This document shows positions 22,692-35,569 of a stretch of DNA of 64,000 nucleotides, in pieces. Positions within the stretch are counted from its first letter, which is position 1, and each line of letters starts with the position of its first letter. The stretch spans positions 150,630 to 214,629 of the forward strand of contig CDRNVI010000046.1 in assembly GCA_977017575.1 (NCBI GenBank), given 5' to 3'. This DNA is from Paramoeba atlantica (lineage: Eukaryota > Protista > Discosea). A program made the position numbers and the translations under genes. Below the pieces are notes generated by a model that ran no database searches, had not been told where the DNA came from, and worked only from the letters and a program-made list of their open reading frames with translations.

Positions 22692-22756
22692 TTGTTGTTT
22701 TTTTTCGTTAAACTTTACAAAAACTTTATGGTTGTGCTAACGCGCTCCAAGAGATT

Positions 22757-24750
22757 ATGGACAAAAGCAGCGACATTCACGACAACTCCACAAATTCAGA
22801 CGAAATGAACATCGAACCGCGAGAATGCATCACACGACAAGAATCACGACAAAGCAAACCACGGAAAATCAAAGTTATCATCGGAGACTCACGACCTTCG
22901 GATCAAACAAGCTCAGATATGCCATCGAAGTCTCCCCAAATAACCGAAAATGCGCCGCAAAATGAAGACGACATGTCAGCGGACACCGATGGCCTAAGTA
23001 CCTCATCTGAAACAATGTCATCCGACGATCTGTGTATGAGTGAGCTGGCACGCACACGAAGTTTGAAAGCGCCAGACCAAGTTCAAGACATTGTATCAGA
23101 ATGGGGCCGCGGTAATCAATGCGAGATCCTTTGGAACTTCCGCTACGGAGAAGAAATTTTTTATTCTGTCGGCGAAGTAGTGTCCCGCGTCTCAAGGAAA
23201 GGTCAGGTTCGTATAAAGATTGCGTACTCCCCTGCTGAAGGACAAACCGGACCCCAAGGAAACCTCTTTCTTCCACAGTCTGACAAAGTGCGAGTCTTTC
23301 AAATCTGTGCTACGAAGATAAATCGAATACCAAGCAAAGGAGTAAACACGCTAAATTTTCCGGAGAGCATGTCAGAGACGACGAAGGAATCCGACACGCA
23401 CAGAGACATGGAACCACTTCCACCGCTAGCTCAAATAGAACCGTCCTTTGCTGTACATGTGGTTTCAATTTTCAGAGAGACAATTCGCGAATATCCTCGT
23501 TTACAACTTCTGTCCGAAAAAGAAACCCTATGGCACAGGTTCCTAAATGCTCCGAGAGATGCTTTGACCACTGTGAGGAAAATGCTAATGCGAACACGAG
23601 CCACGACTCACTAGCCGAAAAGTAAAAGTAAATATGAATACAACGTCGACAAGCTCAGCCAAGAAGAACAAGAAGAGTTAGAAACTGACCGCCGAGCGAT
23701 CCGCAATGCTTTACGAACGGCAAAAGCAGGAAACCTAGGCAAAGCAACGCGTATTCTCGATAACGTCTACAAACAATCACCCCTGACTGTCGAAGAAAAA
23801 GTTTCTCTTCTAAAAAGTCTCCATCCTTCCGGGAAAACGCCTCAAATGCCGATGAGTGTTGACTTTCCGCGCATTGGAATTGTTGAACGAGACGAACTCC
23901 TCTTAGCGGCCAGCAAATTGGCAAAGGGTGCTTCCCCCGGACCTACAGGTTTCAGCGAATCGATGTTGCGACTTCTCGCCGACGATGAAGAATGCAGCAT
24001 TTGCTTATGCCACATGTTCCGCGACGTGATCAATGGCGACATTCCAAACTCAGTGCGTGATCGACTCACAAGATGCAGATTAGTAGCTTTGCCCAAACAA
24101 ATAAATAAACTGCGCCCGATTGCTATAGGAGAGACCATCCTTAAAGTGTGTGGCATCATTCTTTTGCAACGACATGAAGACGCGCTTAAAAAGCACTTTC
24201 AAACCTTCCAACGAGGCATACTACAAAAGAATGCGTGTGAGCAAATTGTGCATGAACTGATAGAAGAATACGAGGCAGTTTAGAGTGGTTTCAGAAAGGA
24301 GCAAAAAACTGTCCATTGGCATTGCAGAAAGCTGGTCTATCGTCACCGGAGAAATCTGTCAAGATCCTAGGCGCCTACATAGGGGAGAATGAGGACGTTA
24401 GTGAAAAGCTCGTACGACAGTCAGTAAAGCATGTATGCCTTTTTCGACGTTTGCAAATCATGGGCCCAAGCAATCTTTCGTTAGCAATGTTGCAACGATG
24501 CACGATTCCACGACAGGATTACTTTTTGCGCGTCCACAAACCAGCAGCTACACTGAAAATTGCGGAATGCTTCGATGCTGAAATATCAAGAATTATCTCA
24601 CACTGGTTTCTCGCCACAGGTGACTCACTCCGCCTCGCAACTCTACCGCAAAAAATGGGAGGCCTTGGTCTCACTCAGTCCACCTTAAAGCAACGGTACT
24701 TTTTTGAAGCAGCCAGACGATCTATTGATGAGCCAGACGATCTATTGATG
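22757..24750 (+). pseudogene. CRE/SLACS-like non-LTR element: N-domain and RT start; nonsense at 23612-23614 and an internal deletion near 24283
   Basis: SPGPTG, RPIAIGE, QRGI, KMGGLG; homologous to the 56612-58726 ORF. Confidence 0.88.
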
Positions 24751-25279
24751 TTTTTCATGAATGCCACTCCCCACACCCGATCGATCCCGACTCCGAAAAT
24801 CTATCCAGCGAAACCGGAGTAAGTAGGAAGCCCGATTCTGAAGTCCCGAGCGCGATGGACCCACGACATAACTTCCCAATGACGTCGGAAGGAATTTCCA
24901 ACCGGTATGAACGACGACGTCGAGCCTCGAAAACCCCATCCTCGAAACACGATCAAGATTAAAACAACAACTTTTCGAATGGAGACATCCTCAGCGAAGT
25001 CAAAAGAGGTACCGTTGGAAATGGAGTTCGATCAAGATTTAACAAGTGATACGGAAGTCGAATCCAAGGCCACCGACGAGGAGATGCGCGATCGAAATCC
25101 ACGCCGCGGGGCATAATAAATAACATGTATCGAATAGTAAACAAAGAAACAACTAAAATGTATCTGATTGCTCACAAGCCCTATTTCCCAATCTCAAAAC
25201 ATAACATCAACATTAAACTGTAAATAATATGTTCTCACGACAATTTTAGGCCTGCAAACATATATGTCACTGTCACTCT

Positions 25280-28063
25280 GTTAACGGGGTTCCCCCCACC
25301 GGAACCCTCGACCAAATGGCTGGGGGCTCGGTGGGCGGGCACAAAAACTTTTGAAACGTAAGTAGAAAAAATAGCCTACCAAGAATATAAAGAATGAATA
25401 ATGAAATTACAACACTATTTGAAACAAATCATAATTTGAAGAAATTATGTGCCCCGAAGGGCCAAGCAGGCATAAACAACTCCCTGCCCCGCGGCTAAAT
25501 TTCCAAACGTGGCGGTTGCGGCGGCGGCGGTTGCGGCGGGAACGGAGATCCGGGGTAGAGGGCGAGCCGGGAGGGAGAGACTGCGACGACGGAGACGTAT
25601 CGGGGAGAAACGACGCGGAGGAGGAGTATTGCCACGCATGCGTGGCCGTCTTTCTCGTCGGCGGAGGAGCGGGGAGGGAATGGGGGTAGTAAATTCCACC
25701 CGTCGTCGCCTGGGACGACGGGCACGAGCAATAATTGGGGTGGGGAGCATTTCCTAGTGGAAAGCCCGCGATGCGCCGTAACGGTTGGCGCCGCCCACCA
25801 CCCCGCCGCGAAAATCCTGTGGCGGGGCGCGTGTGGTACGGAACTGTCCCCCCTGTTGTTGAGATGTTTGCGGGCAATTCGATCGGAGGTGGCCTGGCTG
25901 ATGACAGCCCAAACAAAACGGTCCCTGGCTGCGTCGTCGAGGAGCACGCTGCGCAGTCCGGCCCCTCAGTTGCTCGTCGACCACAAGCTGACCGTAGCGG
26001 TCCTGAGGGTCGTCGTCACGGTGCAACCGCTGTTGCACACGTTCGACTGCAACACCCGCCGCAGCCCAATAATGGTTGCGAAGCTCTTCGATGATGAGAA
26101 GGGCTACGGCGAGGTTGTGCTTCTCTAGCCAACCCTCAGTGTTGCGCGCAGCGTAAACCCATTCAGTTTTTCGAGAAATGGCGTCCTTCATAAGTTGGGT
26201 TCCGGTTCGACTTTTTTTTTTTTTTTTTTTTTTTTTATAAAATTAGGAATAGTATTTCCGTACCGATGCAATACGCATCGTTCCATTCACATGGTAAGAT
26301 CAACAATTTTCAATAATCGAAAACCAAATTATTACTGATTTGTCGCAATGGCATACCTAGAAATGGCATACCTAGTATGGTTAAATTGTGCATTCGCTTT
26401 CTTGCTTGTCTCGTCCAAGATATTTCTTTAACTGTGTGTATGCGACAGCGCCGTTAAGTTCTTGCAAGAGAAGTTGAAACTCCTCTTTTATTTGTTGTCG
26501 GGGACGTCCGCTGGCATCCGCCAGTGCCGTAAGCAGAGCTTGTGTGTCCGTGTGCATAGAGCCTCCTGATAATATGGGAATGCATTTAAAGGATTCTTCA
26601 GCTATTTTGCCGGTTTTAACGTAGGTATCATGTTTTCGTTTACAAGCCTCTCGAAATAGATTGGCGCATTTAACTGCGAGATTGGAGGGTGCTAGTTCAT
26701 GGACGATTGTCAAGTCATAGTAGATTTCTCCACTTGCCCAATGAACAACTAAGTCGGGTCCTGATCGGCGAAACGATTTGCCGCCGCATGTTTTTTCGTG
26801 TGTCCTCTTGTGACTCGGGTCGACGACCTCATCGCATTGTGTGCACCGGAGGGTAGAGAAGGTGCGCGGCTCTTTCTCTTCAGTTAACATCTTTCTCTTC
26901 AGTTAACATCTTGAACAGGCGCTCGCGCTGCGGCGGAGGGTTGAAGCGTACCCCAAGCTGCGGAGCTTCGCGCAGCTCACGGATGAGTTCACGTGGCTTG
27001 AACAAATCATCCGTGTCGATCCACGGTTGCCAAGTAACCGGATCGTAGGGGGAGAAGCTTTTCGGGTCCGTAACACGGACGCGTTCAAACGCCGGAATCA
27101 AATCTTCAACTGGTTTCCCACCCGGCATCTGCGCCCGAACATGGGCAAGGTCCAAGGAGTGGTAGTTGATCTCGGGATGGGGAAAACGGTAGGCTGTATT
27201 CACGTCCCCATCCCATTCTGTGAACAACTCAGTTGATTCAGGGTCCTTGGGATGCGTCATATGCACCCGCCCTATAGCCGTCTGCCGTAGGCCATCTCGG
27301 GGAAGAGACCATACAGCTTCGACGGTGACCTCATACCGTTTGCGCAGAAGGCCAATCACTTTCATGACAAACTCTTCTTTGCCCTGGCTGGTCATGATTC
27401 CTCGGGCATCAAGGCGTGAACGCTGGGGCACCTCGGCGTGGTCAATGTCGAGGGCATCGTATCGACGAGGCGAGCGAGAAGCCTCAACCTGGTCAGGGTT
27501 GAGGGTCCCCTTGCGACGAATTGGGGCCTCCGGAGCGTCGAGCGGAATAGGGTAGGGACTGGTAAACGAGCTCGTGGGGAGACTCGGGAGATTACTTGGG
27601 AGCGGGCTTGGTGGTTCACGGGCCGGGCTCAAAGCTCTGCCAGATGGACGTATCTTCCGTCGCGCTGGGCCTGGGGTAGGGGGAACATGAGTGGGTTTCG
27701 CGGGTACCTGCGGAGCTGGCTGCGTCGGGAGAGAGGGAAGAGGGGGCCGTACGGGAGGACACGAGAGGGACTGGCGCTTGGAACGCGAAAATGACGAAGT
27801 TTCGATCGGTGTCGGGGCGCGGTCTCTTTTTGGAGAGCGATCACGATCCTGGCTTGGCTCGTGTGGAGCCCGCAAACGTTGGGATCTCATCACAAAAACT
27901 TTTGAAACGTAAGTAGAAAAAATAGCCTACCAAGAATATAAAGAATGAATAATGAAATTACAACACTATTTGAAACAAATCATAATTTGAAGAAATTATG
28001 TGCCCCGAAGGGCCAAGCAGGCATAAACAACTCCCTGCCCCGCGGCTAAATTTCCAAACGTGG
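25280..28063 (-). mobile_element. Deleted YR retroelement (family D): A1-gag-start of pol frame-A2; gag split by a CRE fragment
   Basis: 173-bp A repeat at 25340-25512 and 27891-28063; gag halves 26880-27893 and 25754-26191 (CLGCHQPGHLRSNC). Confidence 0.82.
26169..26897 (-). pseudogene. 5'-truncated CRE-like endonuclease fragment with poly(A), inserted in gag
   Basis: ORF 26381-26890 (CTQC, PDL, YYDLTIVH, KHDTY); T-run about 26213-26236; TTCAGTT at 26162-26168 and 26898-26904. Confidence 0.85.
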
Positions 28064-28734
28064 ACTATTAAAATGTCTATGGACGGCGGGGACGAAAAAG
28101 AACACCAAAAAAGCCTCCATTGAGCATACGGCGCAAATTGAAGAAGTTATTGAAACAGAGTGTGCCAATCTTGCTGATGACCTGCGCAAGAGATCTGGAG
28201 CAGCATTTCGAAAAATTCGGAAAATAATCGGAGACAATAGAGCTAAGATAGGATTCTAAAAAAGGTCTTACAAAAACTTCGAGCGGCACTTGCCCCGCGA
28301 GCATGTGGTTCGTAAAGTCGGATTTCACAATTCTCTCTTTAATAAACCTCCATTAATAAACCTTCTGTGCTCGAGACTAAGCGCTTGCTCAACATGAATC
28401 GGACAATATTGATATTTCCTCTTAGGAATACCCCATCTTCAATCTTCGAAAGAGACACTTGTGATTGTATTTCAAGAAGGCATTAGTAAGTAAACTTATA
28501 ATCATTGCACGTTTCGGACCGGGTCTTTCGAGAAAAAAACCTGATCCTACCTACCTCACGTTGGGGAACCTCACTCGAAAGAGCAATGCGTGAGAGTAAG
28601 CACTGTCGGCACGATCAACTACCGTAACGACCACATTTCGGAGGCACAGGTCGTACAAAAAAAAAATGCACAGGTCGTAAAGTAAAAGGCATAAGATGGG
28701 AGTGCTGTCGGAGAGTCGAGAAAACCGACTACAT

Positions 28735-30967
28735 TCAGAGTCTGAGGCCTCCTAGCCACTTTTCGCCCTTGATGTGATTTCGCAGCTGCGACACGATTGT
28801 GTATGCTGCGAACTTTTCGTTTTCCAATTGGAAGGCTTCCCGTATCACTTTGGGGTCTAAGTCAGCGCGTTTCGAGAGGGCTTTAATCAGCTCCTTCGTA
28901 TTTTCGTGCAGCATTCCACAATCAGTTAGCGCTATGCATCGAAAATAGTTTGGATCCACTCCTTTCTCCACTATGTATTTTCGATGTTTTCTTTCTATGG
29001 CACTCTCTAGAAGGGCTTTGCTGGACTGTTTCTGGTAGCTGCTGCAGAGTGTGTGTACGACTGTGACATCGTAGAGGACTTCTCCAATATCTGGCCACAT
29101 TATGGCCAGATCGGGGCCCGAACGTATACGACGAGCTCTGCATGGGTGTCTCTCCGCTGCTTCTGGTGAAATAGAGCACTTACACTTCGTGCAAAAGAAC
29201 GATGAATACAGACGCGGTTCCAACGCACATGGGAGTCCAGCTTTTCCACATAGATTTGAAAGGTATCGAACAATGTGTGAGTGTTTTCTCTTACAGTTCA
29301 TCCCAGCACATTTCGAGCAACCTGCAACGTGTGGAAATATTCCGGAGGGCGATTCACTGACCCCGCATCCAGGACAGGAGATATTACTCGAAGAAGGGAG
29401 ACTGACGGCCAGCCTCATCTTGAGCGTTTGCTGGAAGAGGTACGGGTTTACGTAGTTGTTGGTCGAGAGGAGATGAAAATTTGCTTCCTTCGAGCGCTTC
29501 ATAACTCCACTGAAACGTGGTTTTGTTTTCAGCTCTGCCGCAAGTTTTTCGTGCTCGTCGTTGACTAGTTTCTTCAGTGCCGTGCGTACTCCTTGTGTCC
29601 CTGTGGTCTTGTTGCCTTTTTGTTGCTTCTCAGAGTTTTCTATCGGAGCTTCATATGGGTTGAAATGCTCATCAATAGATTGACGGGAAGCTTCAAAAAG
29701 ATAGCGATGTTTCAGAACTGTGGAGGTTATTCCCAATCCTCCCATTTTGCACGGCAAAGAGGCAAGTGCTAAGGCATCTTCGTCAGCATCGCACCACTTT
29801 CTTAAGACTTGTTGGATCTCTTTGTCAAAAGTCTGAGCTAGAAGGAATGATGCGCCCGGTTTATGTACTCGCAGGTGATAATCGTGGCGCGGTATCGTGC
29901 AACGCTTTAAAATTGCGAGGGAAAGATTACTTGGCCCCATGCGGCTGAGTCTTCGAAACAGACAGTTATGCTTCTCCAATTTTTCGAGAAGTTTGCGTTC
30001 TACGGCTTTGTTGTTGCCTAGGTATCCTCCGAGCACTTTGATTGTATCTACGCAGTCTTGAACCCCAAGTTCCCGAAGAGAGGAATCTTTGATGTGTAAT
30101 GCCCTGGATCCTTGAAAGATTTCGCATTTGCGGTAGTTTATTTCTAAGTTCAGATCGCTCGTAAGCTCTTTGAAATGCAAGAATGCAACCTCGAGAGATG
30201 CCTCGTTTTTAGAACTCATCGTTACATCATCCTGGTACGCGCGTACGGTGACCTCGGGGTAAGCATCAGCTACTTCTTTCAAAGCTCCATGCAACACAGC
30301 GCAGAAATAAAGCGATGACAGCGCGGATCCTTGCCGAACCCCAGAGGAGCTCTCTATGACTGAATGCAGCGAGTTGTTAGCAAAGAAGAGAAGTTCGGTT
30401 GGCTGGCCATATTCCAAATAAAAAATCCGCATGAAATGTTTGAAGATGGGATATTGAGTTAGAGCTCTTTCTATTGCTGTTCGATGAGGTGTATTATACG
30501 CGTTTTTGAAGTCAATGGTGAGCACCGTATTTCCAGCTTCATACTCAGAAAGTAACTCGTGTACAATTGATTCACAGGCATTCTTCTGCAAGATCCCTCG
30601 CTGGATAGGTTGGAAGAGCGATTTTAGCGCAGCCTCATGACGCTGAAGAAGAATTGTGCCACATATTTTAATTATGGTATCCCCCATCGCTACAGGTCTT
30701 ACGCCGTTGTTCGGTTTGGCTAGAGCAATGATTCTGCAACGAGTCAGACGTTTGCGTACACTGTGAGCGATTTCCCCGTTGATTACGTCGCGGAACATAT
30801 GACACAAGGCGAGGCATGATTCTTCGTCTTCTGCTAAGAGCCGCATCATACATTCGCTAAAACCAGTGGGTCCGGGCGATGCACCTCGGGATAATTTTGC
30901 TGTCGCTAGGCGCAATTCGGAGCATTCGACCACTGCAATTCTCGGTAGCTCTTGGTCCGTCCCTTGA
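28735..30967 (-). CDS. CRE-like RT plus restriction-like endonuclease, 732-aa ORF, 5' truncated
   Basis: SPGPTG, RPVAMGD, DFKNAYN, GVRQGSALS, YQDD, CPGC..HVAGC, PDL..YDVTVVH..KHRKY. Confidence 0.92.
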
Positions 30968-31195
30968 TTTTTTTTTTTTTTTTTTTTTTTTTTACTAACG
31001 AATGTTAAACTACTTCAATATAAAACTTTTTAAACGTGGATATAAACACTTTCCTTGGTACCTCCCCGTTTATTACATCGTGAGAAATGTTCACCTTCCC
31101 CCCTTTTCTCAATTTTCAAAGAGAAACTATCCCGAAAATGAAATCTATATAATTTTATAAGCTGACTCAGCTTATAGTGATATTGTGTTTAGAAC

Positions 31196-33010
31196 TTATA
31201 TACTATATTCTTGAGTTTGCGTGCAGCCGTCTAAGTATTTCTTTAGCTGCGCATAAATCCCTAATCCATTAAGCTCCTGAATCGTCAGCTTCATTTCGAG
31301 TTCGACCTGTTTCCTGTTTAGCATGGCCGCGTCTGCTAGCGAGTGTACCAAGTTCTGCGTATTGCGGTGCAAAGCGCCTCCTGCCAGTACGGGTAAACAT
31401 TGAAATGAGTCTTCACGAATTAAGTTCGTACGTACATATGTGTTGGACTTTCGCTGCAGCGCGTCATTCATGAGCTGTGTGCATTTCTTTCCACGATTAG
31501 ACATTGAGAGTTCGTGAATAACTGTCAGATCATAGAAGACCGCACCCGTGTTCCAATAGATCACGAGATCGGGGCCAGACCGACAAAGTTTTTTTCCTGC
31601 ACAAGTCTTCTGATGTACCAACTGGTTTTCCGGACTGATTGTAGATCGGCAAGCGATGCACTTCCACGTAGAAAAGTTTCTAGGTTCCGTTTCACATGGG
31701 ATGCCTGCTTTCACGCATAGACGATGCAAAAATCCGACAAGTGAGTTATGTTTCACGGTCGTATTTATACCTGAACATTGAGCACAGCCTGGGATATGGG
31801 TGAGGGCGTTTCGGTTATTGAGGAGAATACCGCACCCTGGACACAATAGACTGGTAGGTAGATCTGGGTGTTGGGCATTTAGTCGTGGCATAATCGCGAG
31901 TTTGAAGAGATGGGAAGGGATGTACTTCGCGTTGGAAAGGATCCAGTCGCTGTTTCCTTTGAAGGATGTGGCTTGTAGAATGGGCTTAATGTCGGGATCC
32001 GTTTGCAACTCTTTCAATACTTCGACATGATGAATGCTGGTGGAAGCTTTTTCGTCCACTGGTATGACTTTCATTGTCGAGTTCTTAGGAATAGACGGGT
32101 GTGATGGCACCGCGTTGTCGATCCGAGCTGAAAAAGAGTTTCGGCGCTCAAGAACCGAGTAGCGGGATGCCACATATGCCGTCTCCCTAAGGGGACTGCT
32201 CGCTGTCAAACCCATTCCTCCCTTCTTAACGGGTAATCGTACAATTTTCATTTGATCGGGAGAGAGTGGACCAATCCAAGACTCTACCACATTTTCAACC
32301 TCATGATCGAATTGTGATGATGCTTTCTCTGTTGTTTCGGGCGGGTGGACACGAATCAGGTATTGTTGACGAACATTGGCACATTTTGCTAAAAGAATCA
32401 TCGATATATTATTGATGCCCATTCGTTTTAGCCGCCGAAAAGCTGTGACCTGCTTCTCTAGTTGACGCAAAAGTCGTTCACTTATTGTGTTGTTTTCTCC
32501 AACATACGCTCCGAGTACTTTGACCGCTTCGTCCTCCGACTTGACACCTTGGGTGCTCAGCGAATTCGGTATGGAATTTCCGGATTTTCCTCTGAACCAA
32601 ACGCATTTTGCCTCGGCTAGTTTCACCTGTTTTTCTTCTAGGAGACCTTTGAGCCTAAAGAATGCCTTCTCCAGTTCGGTTGAATCTCGAGACACTAACG
32701 TTATATCGTCAATGTATGCATTTATTTCAATACCTGGAAATTCGGAGGCCAGTGTCTCGAGTATTGGTTGACAGAATACGCAAAAGTAAAGACTAGCCAG
32801 AGCGGACCCTTGCCTTACACCTGCTGAGCTCATTATAATGTCCGTCAGGCTGCCATCGGAGCCATAAAATAAAAGTTCGGAAGCATTTGAATATTCGGCC
32901 GCAAAGAACCTTGAGGTGAGGGTCCGTTTGGGTGAAGTGATTTTAGTGTCTGAGCTTTTTCTTCTGCCGTGAGAGGTGAATCTCGATACACGTTGTCTAG
33001 TATTCGCGTT
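31196..33010 (-). pseudogene. CRE-like element, second subfamily, internally deleted; 3' UTR ends in poly(A) at about 30968-30993
   Basis: GVRQGSALAS, AYIDD, KGGMGL, CPGC..HIPGC, PDL..FYDLTVIH. Confidence 0.88.
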
Positions 33011-33019
33011 GAAGAACAC

Positions 33020-34410
33020 CAAGAAGAGATAAACTCACACTCCAAAGCTCCAGATCTCGTTTACAACATCATTTCGAAGTGGGGCAAGGGCACCGAATGC
33101 GTAATCGAATGGGGTTTTCGTCAAGGCAATACGACATACATTTCAAAGGGCACAGTTGTAGGCAGAACTTCACGTAAGGGACAAGTTAAAATAAAGATTT
33201 CGTACGAGCCAGAATCTGAGAGTGAAGGTCCAAGCGGTTTTCTTTACTTACCACAATCACACAAGATCAGAATCCGCAGTATTCGAGCAACAAAATTGCT
33301 GAAAGTTGAGATTCCAACACTAAGGCTGGAGGAACAGGCGGATAATATCTCGTGTCAAGATGAACAAAATGATCTCGAACCTCTGCCTTCGATGGCGCAA
33401 ATCGATCCGTCCTTTGCGGTGCATGTTGTGGCAATTTTCCGTGAAATCATCAGAGGATATCCCGGCGCTAAGCTCGAATCGGAAAAAGAAGCGATTTGGC
33501 ACAAATTCCTAAATGCACCACGCGATTCATTAGCCACGGTGCGTCAGACTCAAAAGAGACATCAGAGAGTGGGACACGTGCCCCGAAACGGAAACCTTTC
33601 TGACGATACCAACCTCAGTGCAGCACAACGTGAAGAGCTGGAGATAGACCGACGCTCGATACGGAATGCTTTAATCACAGCCAAAGCAGGGAACTTAAGC
33701 AAAGCGACGAGAGTACTGGATAATGTCTACAAGGAATCCAATCTATCACCCGAGGAAAAAGTAAGCAAGCTAAAGACCCTACATCCGGATGGTTCTCCAC
33801 TGGAAATTCCTGAAGCAAATTTTCCGCGAATCGGAGTCGTAGAGAACTCAGAGATTCGGGAAGCCACTGAAAAGTTGTCCCGGGGGGCTTCACCGGGTCC
33901 GACGGGGCTCAGCGAGAGCATGATGCGGTTGTTGGTGGACGACGAAGAAACATGCCTTTCCTTATGCCATATGATCCGCGATGTGATTAACGGGGAGGTC
34001 TCGCTAAGTGTCCGTCACCGTTTGACTCGATGCAGAATCATTGCACTGGCCAAGCCTCAAAACGGCATCCGCCCAGTTGCCATGGGAGACACAATTCTAG
34101 AGCGGCACGGCTGTATGCTAAAGAATTTCTTTGCACCGATTCAGCGAGGTATCCTTCAAAAAAACGCGTGCGAATCCATAGTCCACGAGCTGCTACAAGA
34201 TTATGAAACTGACCACGCACTGCTGTCAGTGGACTTTTCCAATGCGTATAACACACCGAATCGAAATGCAATCGCCCGCGCGCTTCTGGGAAATGCGATT
34301 TTTAAACCTTTCATGCGACTTTTCTACTTGGAATATGGCCTCCCTTCAGACCTTTTATTCTTTGCCAACAATGCCCTTCATTCTACAGTACAAAGTTCAT
34401 CCTGTGAGCA
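33020..34410 (+). pseudogene. CRE-like N-domain and RT first half, 3' truncated
   Basis: KWGKGTEC N-domain, SPGPTG, RPVAMGD, DFSNAYN. Confidence 0.88.
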
Positions 34411-34658
34411 AGCTGCCGCGCTTGCGTGAAGCATTCCCATCGAAATGTGACACAGATTTATACATGACACTTCATCGTCAATCATCAGGTCTTAATAAAA
34501 GTAAAGGTCTTTCTTCTAAAATACATTCTATTTTTTTTTTCTCCCAAAGATCGTTCGTATTATCCTAAATCTCGCAGGCATTCTAAACACGGATAATCGT
34601 TGTGAATAATAATAAGAACTTTTAAGAGCTTTTCTAATGTGCGAACTTGTTGGTCGAC

Positions 34659-35441
34659 TCACTGACGCAGTCCACCAATCCAATGTGCTTCTGGAATATA
34701 CTCGCGGAGCTGCGATACAATAGTATACGCTGCTAGCTTTTCTATCTCGAGTTGGAAGGCCTCACGTACGTCTTCGTACTTTTGTTTGGCTCGTTGGGAT
34801 AATGCCTTGAGGAGGGTTTTGGTGTCGTTGTGCAGAAGACCGCAGTCAGAGGCGGCCAGGCAACGAAAAGAGTCGCTTTCTACGCCTTTCTCCGTAACGT
34901 ACTTCTTGAATTTCTTGTCGAGCACGTGCTGCATCAGCGCTGTACTTGTTTGTTTGGCATAGCTGCTGCAACAAGTGTGAACAACGGTAAAATCATACAG
35001 GACCTCCCCCATGTGGGGCCACATAATAGCAAGATCAGGACCGGATCGGATTCTGCGGGCTTTGCAAGGATGATGTTCAGCTACTTCCGCTGAGATGGAA
35101 CACTTGCACTTAGTACAGAAAAACGAAGAATGGATGCGCGGTTCGATAATACAAGGGAGACCAGCTTTGGAGCACAAATCTGCGAGGTACCTCACTATGT
35201 GTGAGTGCTTTCTGGTGCAATTCATGCCCGAGCACCGGAAGCATCCTGCGACGTGTGGTATAATGCTGGTAGGAGATTCATGGCCACAGCATCCAGGGCA
35301 TATAACATCGGCCGGTGCGTTATGTAATCCGATGCCCAAACGCATCATCAAAGTGTATCGGAAGAGGTACGGGTTTACATAATTGCTGGTGCTTTCTAAA
35401 TGCATGTTTGATTCCTTTGTACGCTTCAATAAAAGTCCCAT
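34659..35441 (-). pseudogene. CRE-like endonuclease C-terminal fragment
   Basis: CPGCC..HVAGC, PDLAIMW, YDFTVVH, KFKKY. Confidence 0.87.
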
Positions 35442-35569
35442 GTGAGAATCCTTCTGCAGCTCAGTTATCTGTTTATCGTGTTATGCACTTAGCTTCTTTT
35501 TCAATAGCTTGCGCGCTGCCTCTCCTCGACTTTGCGGTTGTTTCACAGCTCCAGTTCATCTGGAATTCG

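Noticed and set aside
25445-26128. Multiple overlapping Arg/Pro-rich ORFs
   Set aside because: Alternative or antisense frames of GC-rich gag/pol overlap sequence
1402-26168. Shared target consensus from TSDs AGCTGAA and AACTGAA
   Set aside because: They lie in opposite orientation relative to the inserted elements; two 7-mers are too little evidence
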